A stretch of DNA of 64,000 nucleotides from Acanthaster planci (Eukaryota). Numbering within the stretch: the stretch's first letter is position 1; every line of letters begins with the position of its first letter. The translations under genes were made by a program, and so were the position numbers. Under the pieces are notes generated by a model. That model was not told the DNA's origin. It did not search any database and saw only the letters and a list, made by a program, of their open reading frames with translations. Of the stretch, positions 1 through 11,683 are shown piece after piece. The stretch is taken from the NCBI RefSeq assembly GCF_001949145.1, contig NW_019091361.1:3311854-3375853 (forward strand), read 5' to 3'.

Positions 1-748
1 TGATTTGTTCATTGTTCAAATCTGATCTTTAAACTCAGTGTCATGAGCTTATTCCATTTTAAATCCGATTGTATCTTAATAATTTGCTTCAGTGCAGTGC
101 TTGGGTTTGTAGTAGTTCAAAGGATTTCAGATTTAAGAATCCTGCTGCTAACATTTCAAACAAAGTCCCAAACAAAGACTTTCTCCCAAGTGTTAGATTT
201 AGCAAATTTCATAAGCTTCCTAACAAAATAGGAAGTTACTTGAAGAACCAGTTGGCCCATTACAGAGTAGCAAGCAACAAAAGAACAGATTTCAGAAAGG
301 CTGATGTTATGGTCTAAGATACCAATATTTGGCCCTTTCATAACTTGCCTATCATTGCCTAAATATCATTTGACCCCAAGGTTTCTGGGAAAAAGTTGTG
401 ACTTCCTCTTTATCTCTTTATACATTACAAGTACTTATGAAAACAGAGCTAGATGAACAAATCTTGGGGGATCCGAGAGCCACAAACTTTCCTTAGCTGA
501 TTGCTTGCAGTACCCACTGCTGCATTTGATTGGAACCAGCCAGTCAATCCTGGAAATCTTGGAGGTCAAATAGTTAAAGTGTCCCGCATTGGTAAGGAGG
601 AAGACTTGGGTTCAGATTCAACTGGAGCATGCTAAGCATGTGTTTCTTCTCAACTCTCGGACAACACTGAGAACATGGTGCGAATGTGCATGTCAGTGTA
701 CGGGTAAAACCTAGAGTACAAGGCCGGTCTTTGTTGCTCTGTGGGTAG

Positions 749-3700
749 GGGGCGGAAGTGCAAGCCCATCTTCACCCAGATAGCCAAGCAGGTGGTGCGG
801 ATGAAACCCGGCGACCTGCGCCTCCCTGCCCGAGCCTGGAAGGTCAAGCTGGTGGGGGAAGGGGCCGACGACGCTGGGGGGGTGTTCGATGACACCATCA
901 CCGAAATGTGCCAGGAGCTGGAGACAGGCGTGGTGCCATTGCTGATAGCCACACCCAATGCTTCAGCCGACGCCGGCAGCAATCGGGACAGGTGAATTTG
1001 TCTCAGTTTGGAAGATGTCTGTGTTTGAATGCTTAGTCATTGTGGGGACAAGTGAGAGGGAGATTTGACAACAGTGCAAGGAAAGTGTTGAAAGCAGTGG
1101 TGTGACTACTGAGGGGTTCATGCCCCTAGCAGAGCCCCCCCCCATTTGAAATTTAAAAATGTACTTTTTTACAAGCCATAATTCACTGGCTTTCAGTGCC
1201 CTCCCAAAATAATTTGAAGAGATGTGTATCCCTGGGTTCCCCGAATGAAATTTCACCGTAATTATGCCAGTGGTTGGTTGTGGAGAATCTACGTGGTCTA
1301 TATTGATTTTGCGGAATTCCTGAAGTTTGTCAACCTTCACCGCCCCCCCTTCCCGCCAAACGTGACCCACTTTCATCTACTTCCATGGATTTTTGCATCT
1401 CACTTCTCATGCAACTGTCCTTTATCCGTCCTAAAGTAAAATTATTGCTTCTTTTCTCATCTTTTGTTTTCTTGCCAAAACAGTTCTTTCAATTTACGAG
1501 CCGAAATTTTATACAAATGCAACCTCCTAAGAACACGAGCAACTGCACAAAGCCAACATTGAGTCTTTTACTGAAGACAAACAGCTAGGGCTCACTCACC
1601 GAAAATGTCAAGAATCACAAGTAACTCACACTCACACCAGTAGCTGTGTTCAAAACCACTTCCGTCTTCAAGAACTAGATTATTGACGGCACTGTCAGAA
1701 ATGTTCCTCCTTCACAGTATATAGTCAGAAACATGAGTTAGAGTAAACCCAGTGATTGTGGCTGCCGCATTCACTGCCCCTTCTGAAACTAACTGAACTT
1801 TCCTTCCCCCCTTCGGCAACTCAGGTTCCTGTTGAACCCTTCCATGTGTTCTGAGGAACATCTCCTCCTCTTCAAGTTCCTGGGGGTTCTCCTTGGGGTG
1901 GCGGTGCGTACCAAGAAACCACTGGACCTTCACTTGGCCCCTATGGTCTGGAAGCAGCTGGCTGGAATGCCGTTGACCACTGAGGACCTAGAAGAGGTAA
2001 GAGACGATGTCTTAGATACGAACCCTGCCACTAAGCTGATTATTTTGGTATCACTCGGCTCTATATCAGTCCTAACATACATGTGCCAACCTTTGTTCAG
2101 ACAAAAACCTACAACACTGGAAAACATTGGAGCTGCCAAGCATGAAATGTCACTGGCTTAGCAGGTTCATTTACTAAGCAGAAGGTAATGCTCAACGGCA
2201 ATATGTATCTCACACATTTTTTGGGGCAGGTAACCAATGCAAACAGCTTTGAATATCACAAAACTTCAACTTGTATTACTATCAAATGAAACTTGCTTGG
2301 CTTGGAGCGTTATCTTTTCCGCTGTCTTTCTGCGATTCATTCTCTGCCAATTTGACTGTCAATTTCAGATGGATTTTCTCTATGTCCAAACACTGCGCAA
2401 CATACGAGACATCGACAAGAGTGGTGTGACTGAGGAGAATTTTCATGAGGTGGGTGATGTTTGAAACAGATTTATTAGCAAGAAGTGAGAAGTTAATTTG
2501 AATTCCCCCCTCACAATGCTTTATTTAATACAGAATTGCTGTCCAGTTTTTTCATAACACAGGTATTGAAAAAAAAATAGAGTAGGATATTTTTCTCTTA
2601 AAAAACTGTTGAATTTCAGAGGCAAATGCCATTTACCCTTCACAAAATCCCACCTTGTCAACAATTACACTTTCATCACAATGGTATGTCGAATTACAAT
2701 AAAAGACAACCGGTATTGTAATTGGAGTCCCTGCCTGTGTAAGAAGCTATCAATAATCCCCAATACCTGCAATAAACTCCCATCTTCTGATTTTGTAGGA
2801 ACACAGAATGTATATATCTACTTTCAGGGAAGGGGGTTATTGATAAACAACCAAGATCTAGAAATATTGCTTCGTTTATTTGTTACACTCTCAGGGCAAA
2901 GGGGCTGAATTAAATCTCAGCCCCTCCTCACGATGATGTATGAAATACTGTATCATATTTGAACTTGGAAGACTCTGAACTGAAAAAGTAAATATACGGC
3001 CAGATTTTACTATAAAAAAAACTCCATCTCATGCCAGGTGATTCCACTGGAGTGGTTTGAGTGTCAGAGCGCAGATGGCAGGTTTGTTCCTGTGGTCCCT
3101 GGTGGGCGGAGCATCCCCCTGACCTATAGCAACAGGAGGGAGTACGTGGAACGGGCTCTTGCCTACAGACTCCATGAGATGGACCGACAGGTCAGTTTGC
3201 AAGGCTCTGTGCTCGGGTCATTGAGGCTGCTGTTAGGGCACTTTCTTGAAGCAGAGGTCAAGCACGTGGAGCTGTGAAGCTCTTATTATGTGCAGAGCAC
3301 GGAAAATGTATACGCAACAAAAAACAGTTACCAGCCAAAAAGCCATGCAAAGTATATTACATCAGACTGGTTAACACGCCTCTCTTATATGGGCATCGTT
3401 TGATTCAATGTTTTGCATAGCCACCGCCCATTTGAGTGACCCTGTGGGCCCACATTCAACTCCCCTTCTTGCAGGTGGCCGCAGTGCGTGAAGGCATGTC
3501 CTGGATCATCCCCGTCCCCCTGTTGTCCCTGCTGACCGCCGCCCACCTGGAGCAGATGGTCTGCGGCATGCCGGACATCGACGTGGACATCCTTCAGAGA
3601 GTGGTCAGGTCTGTAACCCGTGTCAGTGACAAAAGTTGACTCGTTACTTAATGAATAGGTGACAAGTCAGTGTGGCATGGACAAAACAGGGTGTGTCGGA

Positions 3701-5244
3701 CTTGCGTTGGAAGGAACGTGCACGGATCCAGGTAGACGGTGTGTTACAAGCATGTTACTCCATGCAGCCAAGATCAGGTTCAAATTTGTTAGAGAAAATG
3801 GTCTTTCCTGGCAGCCACAAAGATTTTCCAGATTTTTTTTTTTTTTGTCACCGTTGTTTTCAAGACTTTTTAATCCTGTAGCGTTTTCATGTTGAACAAA
3901 ATAGACAGCGGTTGGGGGATATCCCTCTACCTCGAAAAGAGCAAAGTTGCTTTTGCTTTTGGAAAAAAAGAAGACAAAGGCTTTTGGGGGGACTGTTTCA
4001 CTTCTGTTCCTCCAAACTCATGCAAATAGCCCTCAAATGTAGCCTCGCTTCTCAGAAAGGCAAAAATGATTACATACATGTACAAATTTTTGTCCCCTCC
4101 AAAGACAATTTTGGCCCTCCTCCCGAAAATCACGGTTCTGGAGCTGCCCTTGTGTAGTTGTGCAGCTTGTCAAGATCCAGCGAGCTTGACGGCATTGGCC
4201 TTCTCTTCCGTCACCCCTTCCCCTCCCCCCCTAGATACCGAGAGGTAGACGAGACACACCAGCTGGTGCAGTGGCTGTGGCAGACTCTGAGAGAGTTCAG
4301 CAATGAGGAGCGGGTCCTCTTCATGCGCTTTGTGTCGGGGAGATCCCGGCTGCCATCCAACATCGCTGACATCTCCCAGCGCTTCCAGATCATGAGAGTG
4401 GAAAGGGTAACGTTGTCCACACTCTGCTTCTTGTTCTTCTCTTATCCATTTTTCTTCACTTGATTGCACTTCTGTTTTGATCAGTTATGCAATTTTTTTT
4501 CCTCGGCTGAGCTTATTTCCTTCTTTTTTTTTCATTGGACTGTATAAAGTCTTGTTTGATTCGTAAACTTCTGACTTCTCAATTGTGTGCCCAGTGACCA
4601 AATCTGTAGCCAATACCAACACAAGTCCCCACAAGTCTACCACAGGTCACCGGTCTCAGGCCAAGTCACAATTTATTCAAATGAACTCTGACAAAAACAT
4701 TCCTTTTGTCATTTATGCTTTGTCACGATATAAGGATGCTGCTTTCTAGCCTGTGAATGACTCGATCACTCGCAAAAATTAGTTGTCGTCAATTCGAGTA
4801 AGAATTTATTGGGCATTTTGACTCTATATTTTCATGGATATCAAGTTTTGGGGAGCTTTCTTTGTTGAACATCAAAGTCATGGTACTTCAGTAGGCATCA
4901 GTGCTGATGATGTAACACTTTATTTACATGCATGGTTTCCCACGGTGGCCCCCTCTGGCTCCACATGTACACAAAACATGACCTTGTCAGTACACAGGGC
5001 TATCGAGTTTCCGATGGCTGAACTTAATGCTCATTATATCACCCCCCCCCCACAGACGGTAGACGGGCTACCGACGGCACAGACCTGTTTCTTTCAGCTG
5101 CGCATTCCACCGTACTCTAGCCAGCCGTTGATGGCCGAACGCCTGCGCTATGCCATCTACAACTGCCGCTCCATCGATATGGACAACTATATGCTGTCAC
5201 GCAACACCGATTCTGGGAATCTGTCAGACAGCGAGTACACCTGA
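749..5244 (+). CDS. HERC1: E3 ubiquitin-protein ligase HERC1, C-terminal HECT domain (last 7 coding exons; gene begins upstream of window)
   Basis: Exons 749-991, 1825-1996, 2369-2449, 3038-3190, 3475-3608, 4235-4406 and 5056-5244 all have AG/GT boundaries and compatible phases. The spliced peptide [17 protein letters not shown]...[31 protein letters not shown]...[10 protein letters not shown]...[18 protein letters not shown]...FVSGRSRLP...[19 protein letters not shown]...[14 protein letters not shown]...EYT* closely matches the vertebrate HERC1 C-terminus as recalled, including the catalytic Cys in TAQTCF. Confidence 0.96.
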
Positions 5245-5471
5245 GTGAGGACAGCCTACAAGAAAGAGAAGCAGGTTGAAAAGATATCCAAACCAAATCA
5301 GTACTTTGTATTTTGGAGTCATTCACCAAATGTCTATAACTCGTCCCATGTTGCTCTTGCTGATTGATAACGAATGAACAGGAGTTTGATCATCAAATAC
5401 AGATCCACAATTTCCAATTTTGGATAAGTACTTCACAATTTCAAATTTAACCCCAACAAGGTAACCGCAAC

Positions 5472-5545
5472 AAGCTCAGTGGCTGAGTGATAACGTACCT
5501 CCCCTTGCATGCAGGAGGTTTTTGGTTGGAGTCCCGCCCAAGTAA
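5472..5545 (+). mobile_element. tRNA-derived SINE head / tRNA-like pseudogene downstream of the HERC1 stop
   Basis: A-box-like TGGCTGAGTGA (5480-5490), hairpin CCTCC-CCTTGCATGCA-GGAGG with a TGC (Ala-like) loop, and degenerate B-box GGTTGGAGTCC (5524-5534). No intact acceptor stem. Confidence 0.5.
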
Positions 5546-6181
5546 ACCTGTGTACTTCTCCCACAAGCTTTCAGAAATCACTGTGGATACCGGGCCTCAT
5601 CATTACTAAAAAGAAAGAAGCATCCAAATAGCTTGATGGCATCGCGTGGTGTCACAGACATTGAGGTTCCAGATTTCGAAGCCAGGAAAGGCAGAAACAG
5701 ATTTTTTTCTGAAGCAATGAGGCACTTTTTTATCTGTAAGAGAATCTGCTTACCCTCAAGAAAGGAGATGATATCATGACGATTAAGGTGTTAACCACTC
5801 TCAGCTCCATAAAACCAAAAAGCTGCATGTCTCCCCAGGGTGGGGGTGGGGTAGTTGTCCTCCACCCCACCCCCACCCCCAGTGGATAAAATGCTAGCTA
5901 CAAACTTACTTTGCATAAGTTGGTTGCCTGTGCATTGCTCAAAATAGACTTAAAAATGGTGTTTCGCTGGAAAAAAAATACATACATAAATAAAAGGAAA
6001 AATGGATAAATAATAGAAAATGAACTTGAATCGGTGTACTTGCCACAGTATGGCGGCTTATGACTGTTTGTATGCTACTGAAATGTTACTCGCCATCCAT
6101 TGTTATTGGTCACGCAGATGCATTAGTTTTCCTCATCGTTTCACAAAACAGTGAATGCAATTTGTGAGGGCGCTAGACTCA

Positions 6182-6470
6182 AATAGACTGATTGCGCCCA
6201 GTAAGTCACATGACCTATAGTGGGTATCAAACATCAACAAACATGGGTGTCCCCAACAGCAAAGTGTGTCATAAGTGTCATTTACCAAAAATAGCACTGG
6301 CAGTCAGTAAGGTACCAAGACTGCTGATGTGCTGGGCGCTGTATGGAAAGTCGGCTTTATTTTGGGTGAAAATCACTTAAAACACACATTGCCATGGGAG
6401 GACGCCATGTTTTGTTGACTGCGTATGCCCACTGTTGGTCACATGACTTGGCGGTCGCAGTAAGTCTATT
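6182..6470. mobile_element. MITE (non-autonomous DNA transposon) with ~46-bp imperfect TIRs
   Basis: Left end AATAGACTGATTGCGCCCAGTAAGTCACATGACCTATAGTGGGTAT; reverse complement of right end AATAGACTTACTGCGACCGCCAAGTCATGTGACCAACAGTGGGCAT. Confidence 0.7.
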
Positions 6471-8084
6471 GAAGTGCCATTCTCTGGCCAGCAGGTCACG
6501 GTATTGTTGAAGTTTGCAGCATATCACACAATTGCTTGGTTTCTGTTTTTAGCAAACTCACTTATGTAGAACCAACCTCATCTGCTTCCGTTTTTATCCA
6601 CCAAGAGATGTCATTGCTGGAGCCTTAGATATCAGTAAAAACAAATTGTCTGTTTGACAAACAGCAGGCAGCATTGTTTTGAAGGTTTTAAAACTTTGTT
6701 TTCTCTTAGCTTTATTTTTTCTTTAATATCAGTAGAAAGAGAGAGGAAATTACTACTGAATAAAAAGTGGTAAAAATATTGAACATAATTATGTACATGT
6801 ACCTGCAATTAAATGTTTAAAAATGACTATCTGATACAGAAAGCGTTTGTGTCTCTTGTTAATAGTAAGTTTCATGTGTGTATATAACAATGGCCACTCA
6901 GAGATTTTTCATTTTTTAATTGAGATCGTAAAAAGTGCTTCTTTTTATCAATATTCAAAATTTGCTTAAAATTGAATTCTCTGTGGGACAGGTGTTATCA
7001 GAACCATCAAACCAATACCTGAAACCGTTTGTGCACAGATTTTTAAGTTACAAAAGGCAATTAAGCATAACTTCGAATTTTAAATTGTTACATTTTCTAC
7101 AAAATTTATTTTGCCAGTGTGCTGGAAGTTCTTCCACTCAAAGTTAGTTATTGTTCATGTTTAGGCACATGTACTGCCGTAACAGGATGTGGTGGCTATT
7201 GATGGACAGCACTATTGTGAACTTCTTTCAGGGCTATGTAAAATTCTTTATATGATGTTGTAAAAGAAATTCTTGCCCTTGGTGGCCCTTTTGGGCCACC
7301 GTATCAAGGGATCTCCATGACACTTTATCAAGGAAATAAAGTACGATTTGCTTTGCTGAAACGATCTTCTTGCTGGAAGGCGAATTTGTTATTTTTTCAT
7401 TTTTAATGAATTTGTTTTTCTTCTGTATGAAGTATACCTTTAAGGTCATAGACTACAGGTGACAAAAAAGAAGATGCCAAGACGGGAGGCAAACTTTGTT
7501 GAAATTATGTGCAGGGCCTGTTGGGATAAACAAATATCGCTCCGTCTGTTTGCCCCAGAATGTTGACATGAAGTTGGAATAAACGCTGTTTGTTCCGTTT
7601 CCGGCATTGATTTTACCCCCGTAAAACCAAACTACTGGTCTCGCGTGAGGGTGTTCTAACATAACAGGGCTTTGACTGTACGCTTCGGCAGTGATGCTGA
7701 ACAAGCTATCGTATTTGTTGGGTTGTACTTCAGGGAAATTGCTGTTATTTGTTTTGAAATGAGGTGGGTGTAAACCCATATAAACAAGTGCCCAAATCGT
7801 ATAGCAATCACACTGCACGACTCCACAAGTTGGCATTACACTGTGCTGAGATTGCCGGTTTGCCAAATGCGTAGGCCTATTTTGGACTAGAGGTCCTGGT
7901 CGATTAAATCCTGAAAACTGGTATGTTCCTCTTGATCGTTCCATGCTTCAGTAAAATCTTGCGTAGGCCCTGTTCTTTTTACGACTAACTGTCGCCCGAA
8001 GCATGTCATCCAAACCCACGTCCATTGTGTAATACCCGATGATACATAAGGAAACTCGGATTTCCGAAACCACCCGACTCTATC

Positions 8085-8809
8085 CAGCAAGAAATGAGAC
8101 CGAGGGGTGCGCCCCCACACACACGTCCAATCGCTATACCCGCTCTAGACTATTGTTACCTGACACCCCCCCCGTCCGAAAAGAATTCTTCAGATTCGAA
8201 TGAAACAATGACCAAGGGGGTGGTTCGTATCTTAATTCATATGCTCGACTCTCTTGGTTGGAGGCTGTTCAACTAGGCCCCCTATGTGTTCCTAGCTCTA
8301 TGGTTCAACCTATTACACAGGCGTTCGGGCACCGTGGTTGGTTGGTTTTTTTTTTCTTTAATTACACAACGGCAGGGGGATACACATGAACTTTCCTATT
8401 GGAAATTTGTTCTCGAGAGGAGACTAGTCTTCATGCCTCGTCGAAGCATCCCTTGGTTTTATGTCGGACTTTGCCTCCCTTGTCAAAAAAAAAATCCTCC
8501 AGCGCCATGTATATAGCCTGTATTCAAGTCGTAGTTCCCAGCGAATTGAGAAAAAAATCGCATCCTGGCAAAGGTGTGGTCCTCCATCCATTTTGTAGAG
8601 GGAATTACTTGTTTGTTCATTTTAAAGCAGGGTAAAAATAAATACAACTTTTTTGTGTAAAGTGGTAGTGTAGGCACAGTCATTTATTTTCGCCGAACGG
8701 ACCACAACGTAGTTTTTACATGTCCTTTGAGTCCAGGTGGAGCAATAGTCTGGAATGTGTATAAGGATTGGACATGTTGGGGGGTACCCCTCGGTCTCAT
8801 TTCTTGCTG
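8085..8809. repeat. Long (~75-80 bp) imperfect inverted repeat pair enclosing ~570 bp
   Basis: CAGCAAGAAATGAGACCGAGGGGT...GTCCAATC...AGACTATTG at 8085-8163 recurs in inverted orientation at ~8733-8809. Confidence 0.75.
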
Positions 8810-9661
8810 CGTATAAGAATAGCCTAGGTCGGTGACACATTTTGCGCTCGACCAATCGAGAAACACCCGTTCTATTTGCCGTTTAGTCAGAAGGGCACTT
8901 AACGCCTGTGGTTGATTGCACTTTTAGTGGTTTTGTGAAGTGACTACTATGGCCTGTTCCTGTCTGCCATGCTTTGTACATTTTAAGCCTATACCTCTCT
9001 ACTCTTCGAGTGGTTCAACCATGGTTCACCGTCAGCTGTGTTTAGACATTTCACCGTTTCTTTTTTATAATCAAAGAAAAATAGTTGGATTCTATACATT
9101 AGAACTAGTACCCCGCCGGCTGGATGTTGTTGACTGTCTGGACCCCAATAAAATTTGTGTTCGGGACCCCACCACAAAGCAGGGTATAGTTTAATAAATG
9201 CTCATAACTGATGTAGAATTTTCTCCAAACTAATTGCATTTCCATTCTACACATTGAATTTTAATATTTGATTTGAGAGTTACTAAATTAATAAAGAAGT
9301 GTATTTTGCGTTCTGACGCTGTTACTTAGCGATTTAAAAAAATCTATTTAAACGTATTTTTTCAGAAACGTCATAAGATGAAAATAGGAATGTTTAACTG
9401 AAGTCCTTCGATTGTGGGACAAATCAGGCTTGAACCCTGATGGGCAGTGATCCCAAATAACGAGGTTTAGAGTGATCGAACCGAAACCGATCCAAGTTAC
9501 GTCACTGCCGACTGAGCACCGGATCTTGTTCTGCACGAGGAATGGATTTAGTCCCAGCACCAATGATCTACTGGGTCATTCAGATTAGGGACTCCGCTGA
9601 TGAGTGGTCGATACAGAGCGTTACAACGGTCTATGAACTTTCATCGATGTACATCTCCGAG

Positions 9662-11683
9662 ATGGGCATGTCAGCCGCGGCTACCATGGCTCTGCTGGCC
9701 GTCAGTTTTCATTTGACGGCGGCCTACATCTCCCTGGACAAGGGACCCCCGAGCGTGATTTTGGCCAACCTCAGCGACACGGTCACGTTGGTTTGTGACC
9801 TGAAAGACGTCGGCACCAGCCGGATACGCTGGTACCACTTCGACTCGGGGCGTTTCTTGAGCTTCAATCGGAACATTACAAACGATCTGCCGGCGGAGTT
9901 GGCTGAGAGACTGGCGATAGTGGGGAATCCGGACCAGGAACAGTTCAACCTCAGGATACGGGACTTCAGGCTGTCAGATCTCGGGGGCTACTCGTGTTTT
10001 TACATGTATCCAGCTATGCTGAATCGTCAAATCGCGACAACCAAAGTGAATCTATACCACCCGCTGGGTTTGACGGGTTGCAGCGCCGAATCGGCCGTTG
10101 GAGAAGTTTCCGATTTCGCGGTGGGGGACCAGGTAACCTTTCAGTGCGTCTTCGCCGTCACTATCAACTCTTCGATGTTCGTTGCATATCGGCGGAGCGA
10201 CTCCGAGATGACCCTCGCCAGCTCCACGACCAATCATGTGGCCTTTCAGAGGCAGTTGATACCGGAGGACAATGGGGTGGATTTCACCTGTACTCTGATC
10301 TCGCCTGGCCTGGAGAGTCCCAAGACTTGCTCTGTAAGACCCTTAGAGATCCTACCCANNNNNNNNNNNNNNNNNNNNNNNNNNNNNNNNNNNNNNNNNN
10401 NNNNNNNNNNNNNNNNNNNNNNNNNNNNNNNNNNNNNNNNNNNNNNNNNNNNNNNNNNNNNNNNNNNNNNNNNNNNNNNNNNNNNNNNNNNNNNNNNNNN
10501 NNNNNNNNNNNNNNNNNNNNNNNNNNNNNNNNNNNNNNNNNNNNNNNNNNNNNNNNNNNNNNNNNNNNNNNNNNNNNNNNNNNNNNNNNNNNNNNNNNNN
10601 NNNNNNNNNNNNNNNNNNNNNNNNNNNNNNNNNNNNNNNNNNNNNNNNNNNNNNNNNNNNNNNNNNNNNNNNNNNNNNNNNNNNNNNNNNNNNNNNNNNN
10701 NNNNNNNNNNNNNNNNNNNNNNNNNNNNNNNNNNNNNNNNNNNNNNNNNNNNNNNNNNNNNNNNNNNNNNNNNNNNNNNNNNNNNNNNNNNNNNNNNNNN
10801 NNNNNNNNNNNNNNNNNNNNNNNNNNNNNNNNNNNNNNNNNNNNNNNNNNNNNNNNNNNNNNNNNNNNNNNNNNNNNNNNNNNNNNNNNNNNNNNNNNNN
10901 NNNNNNNNNNNNNNNNNNNNNNNNNNNNNNNNNNNNNNNNNNNNNNNNNNNNNNNNNNNNNNNNNNNNNNNNNNNNNNNNNNNNNNNNNNNNNNNNNNNN
11001 NNNNNNNNNNNNNNNNNNNNNNNNNNNNNNNNNNNNNNNNNNNNNNNNNNNNNNNNNNNNNNNNNNNNNNNNNNNNNNNNNNNNNNNNNNNNNNNNNNNN
11101 NNNNNNNNNNNNNNNNNNNNNNNNNNNNNNNNNNNNNNNNNNNNNNNNNNNNNNNNNNNNNNNNNNNNNNNNNNNNNNNNNNNNNNNNNNNNNNNNNNNN
11201 NNNNNNNNNNNNNNNNNNNNNNNNNNNNNNNNNNNNNNNNNNNNNNNNNNNNNNNNNNNNNNNNNNNNNNNNNNNNNNNNNNNNNNNNNNNNNNNNNNNN
11301 TCAGATGGGGACTGGACAAGAACGGTTACCGCGTGGCGGAAAGTGAAGATCCCCGCCAGAAATCGCCGGAGAGTGGCGTAGCGTACACTGACATTGACTT
11401 CAATTCGTCTGAGGTTGCAATTGCTGGACTTGCGGTTAAACCCAAAGTGGCACGGGATGCCCAGCCTAAGACACTGTCCAAGAAGATGAAGTCTAAAGTC
11501 AGATGGGTATTGGACTTGAACGGTTACCGCATCGCGGAGACTGAAAATCCCCGCACTCGGCCGACAGAGCGTGGACTCATCTACACCGATGTCGACATCA
11601 ATCCGCCCGACGTGACAGTTGGTGGAGTTGCGGTGAAATCCAAGTTGGCCAAGGAATCAACTCTCTACGCTCAGATTACATAG
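9662..11683 (+). CDS. Ig-superfamily cell-surface receptor (signal peptide, V-set and C2-type Ig domains, tyrosine-motif tail); middle hidden in assembly gap
   Basis: Hydrophobic leader MALLAVSFHLTAA (Kozak accATGg at 9686; in-frame ATGs also at 9662 and 9668). V domain: TVTLVC...RIRWYH...FNLRIRDFRLSDLGGYSC. Second domain: VTFQC...EDNGVDFTC. N-glycosylation sequons NLS, NIT, NSS. After the gap (10359-11300) an open, CpG-rich frame runs to TLYAQIT* at 11683. Continuity across the gap is unverified. Confidence 0.82.
   Translation: MGMSAAATMALLAVSFHLTAAYISLDKGPPSVILANLSDTVTLVCDLKDVGTSRIRWYHFDSGRFLSFNRNITNDLPAELAERLAIVGNPDQEQFNLRIRDFRLSDLGGYSCFYMYPAMLNRQIATTKVNLYHPLGLTGCSAESAVGEVSDFAVGDQVTFQCVFAVTINSSMFVAYRRSDSEMTLASSTTNHVAFQRQLIPEDNGVDFTCTLISPGLESPKTCSVRPLEILPXXXXXXXXXXXXXXXXXXXXXXXXXXXXXXXXXXXXXXXXXXXXXXXXXXXXXXXXXXXXXXXXXXXXXXXXXXXXXXXXXXXXXXXXXXXXXXXXXXXXXXXXXXXXXXXXXXXXXXXXXXXXXXXXXXXXXXXXXXXXXXXXXXXXXXXXXXXXXXXXXXXXXXXXXXXXXXXXXXXXXXXXXXXXXXXXXXXXXXXXXXXXXXXXXXXXXXXXXXXXXXXXXXXXXXXXXXXXXXXXXXXXXXXXXXXXXXXXXXXXXXXXXXXXXXXXXXXXXXXXXXXXXXXXXXXXXXXXXXXXXXXXXXXXXXXXXXXRWGLDKNGYRVAESEDPRQKSPESGVAYTDIDFNSSEVAIAGLAVKPKVARDAQPKTLSKKMKSKVRWVLDLNGYRIAETENPRTRPTERGLIYTDVDINPPDVTVGGVAVKSKLAKESTLYAQIT
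11301..11680 (+). repeat. Coding tandem duplication, 198-nt (66-aa) period
   Basis: RWGLDKNGYRVAESEDPRQKSPESGVAYTDIDFN...AVKPKVA starts at 11303; RWVLDLNGYRIAETENPRTRPTERGLIYTDVDIN...AVKSKLA starts at 11501. Confidence 0.9.

Noticed and set aside
5472..5545. Functional tRNA-Ala gene
   Set aside because: The B-box is mutated (GGTTGGA) and no proper acceptor or T stems are visible. Treated as a SINE or pseudogene.
7453..7944. NADAR/YbiA-like resemblance of VWFYGG...SVYSNF in the 163-aa ORF
   Set aside because: The downstream NADAR motif (EHYFQ.K-like) is absent in the frames examined. The similarity is too short to call.
9542..9661. 40-aa N-terminal extension of the Ig protein given by the ORF track
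   Set aside because: It lies upstream of the signal peptide, and the ATGs at 9662-9686 give a canonical leader. Probably 5' UTR.
9994..11346. Long ORF-track entries running through N gaps (9994-11346, 10246-11319, 34412-34775, 42792-43550)
   Set aside because: Their length comes from runs of N translated as X. They are not evidence of coding sequence.
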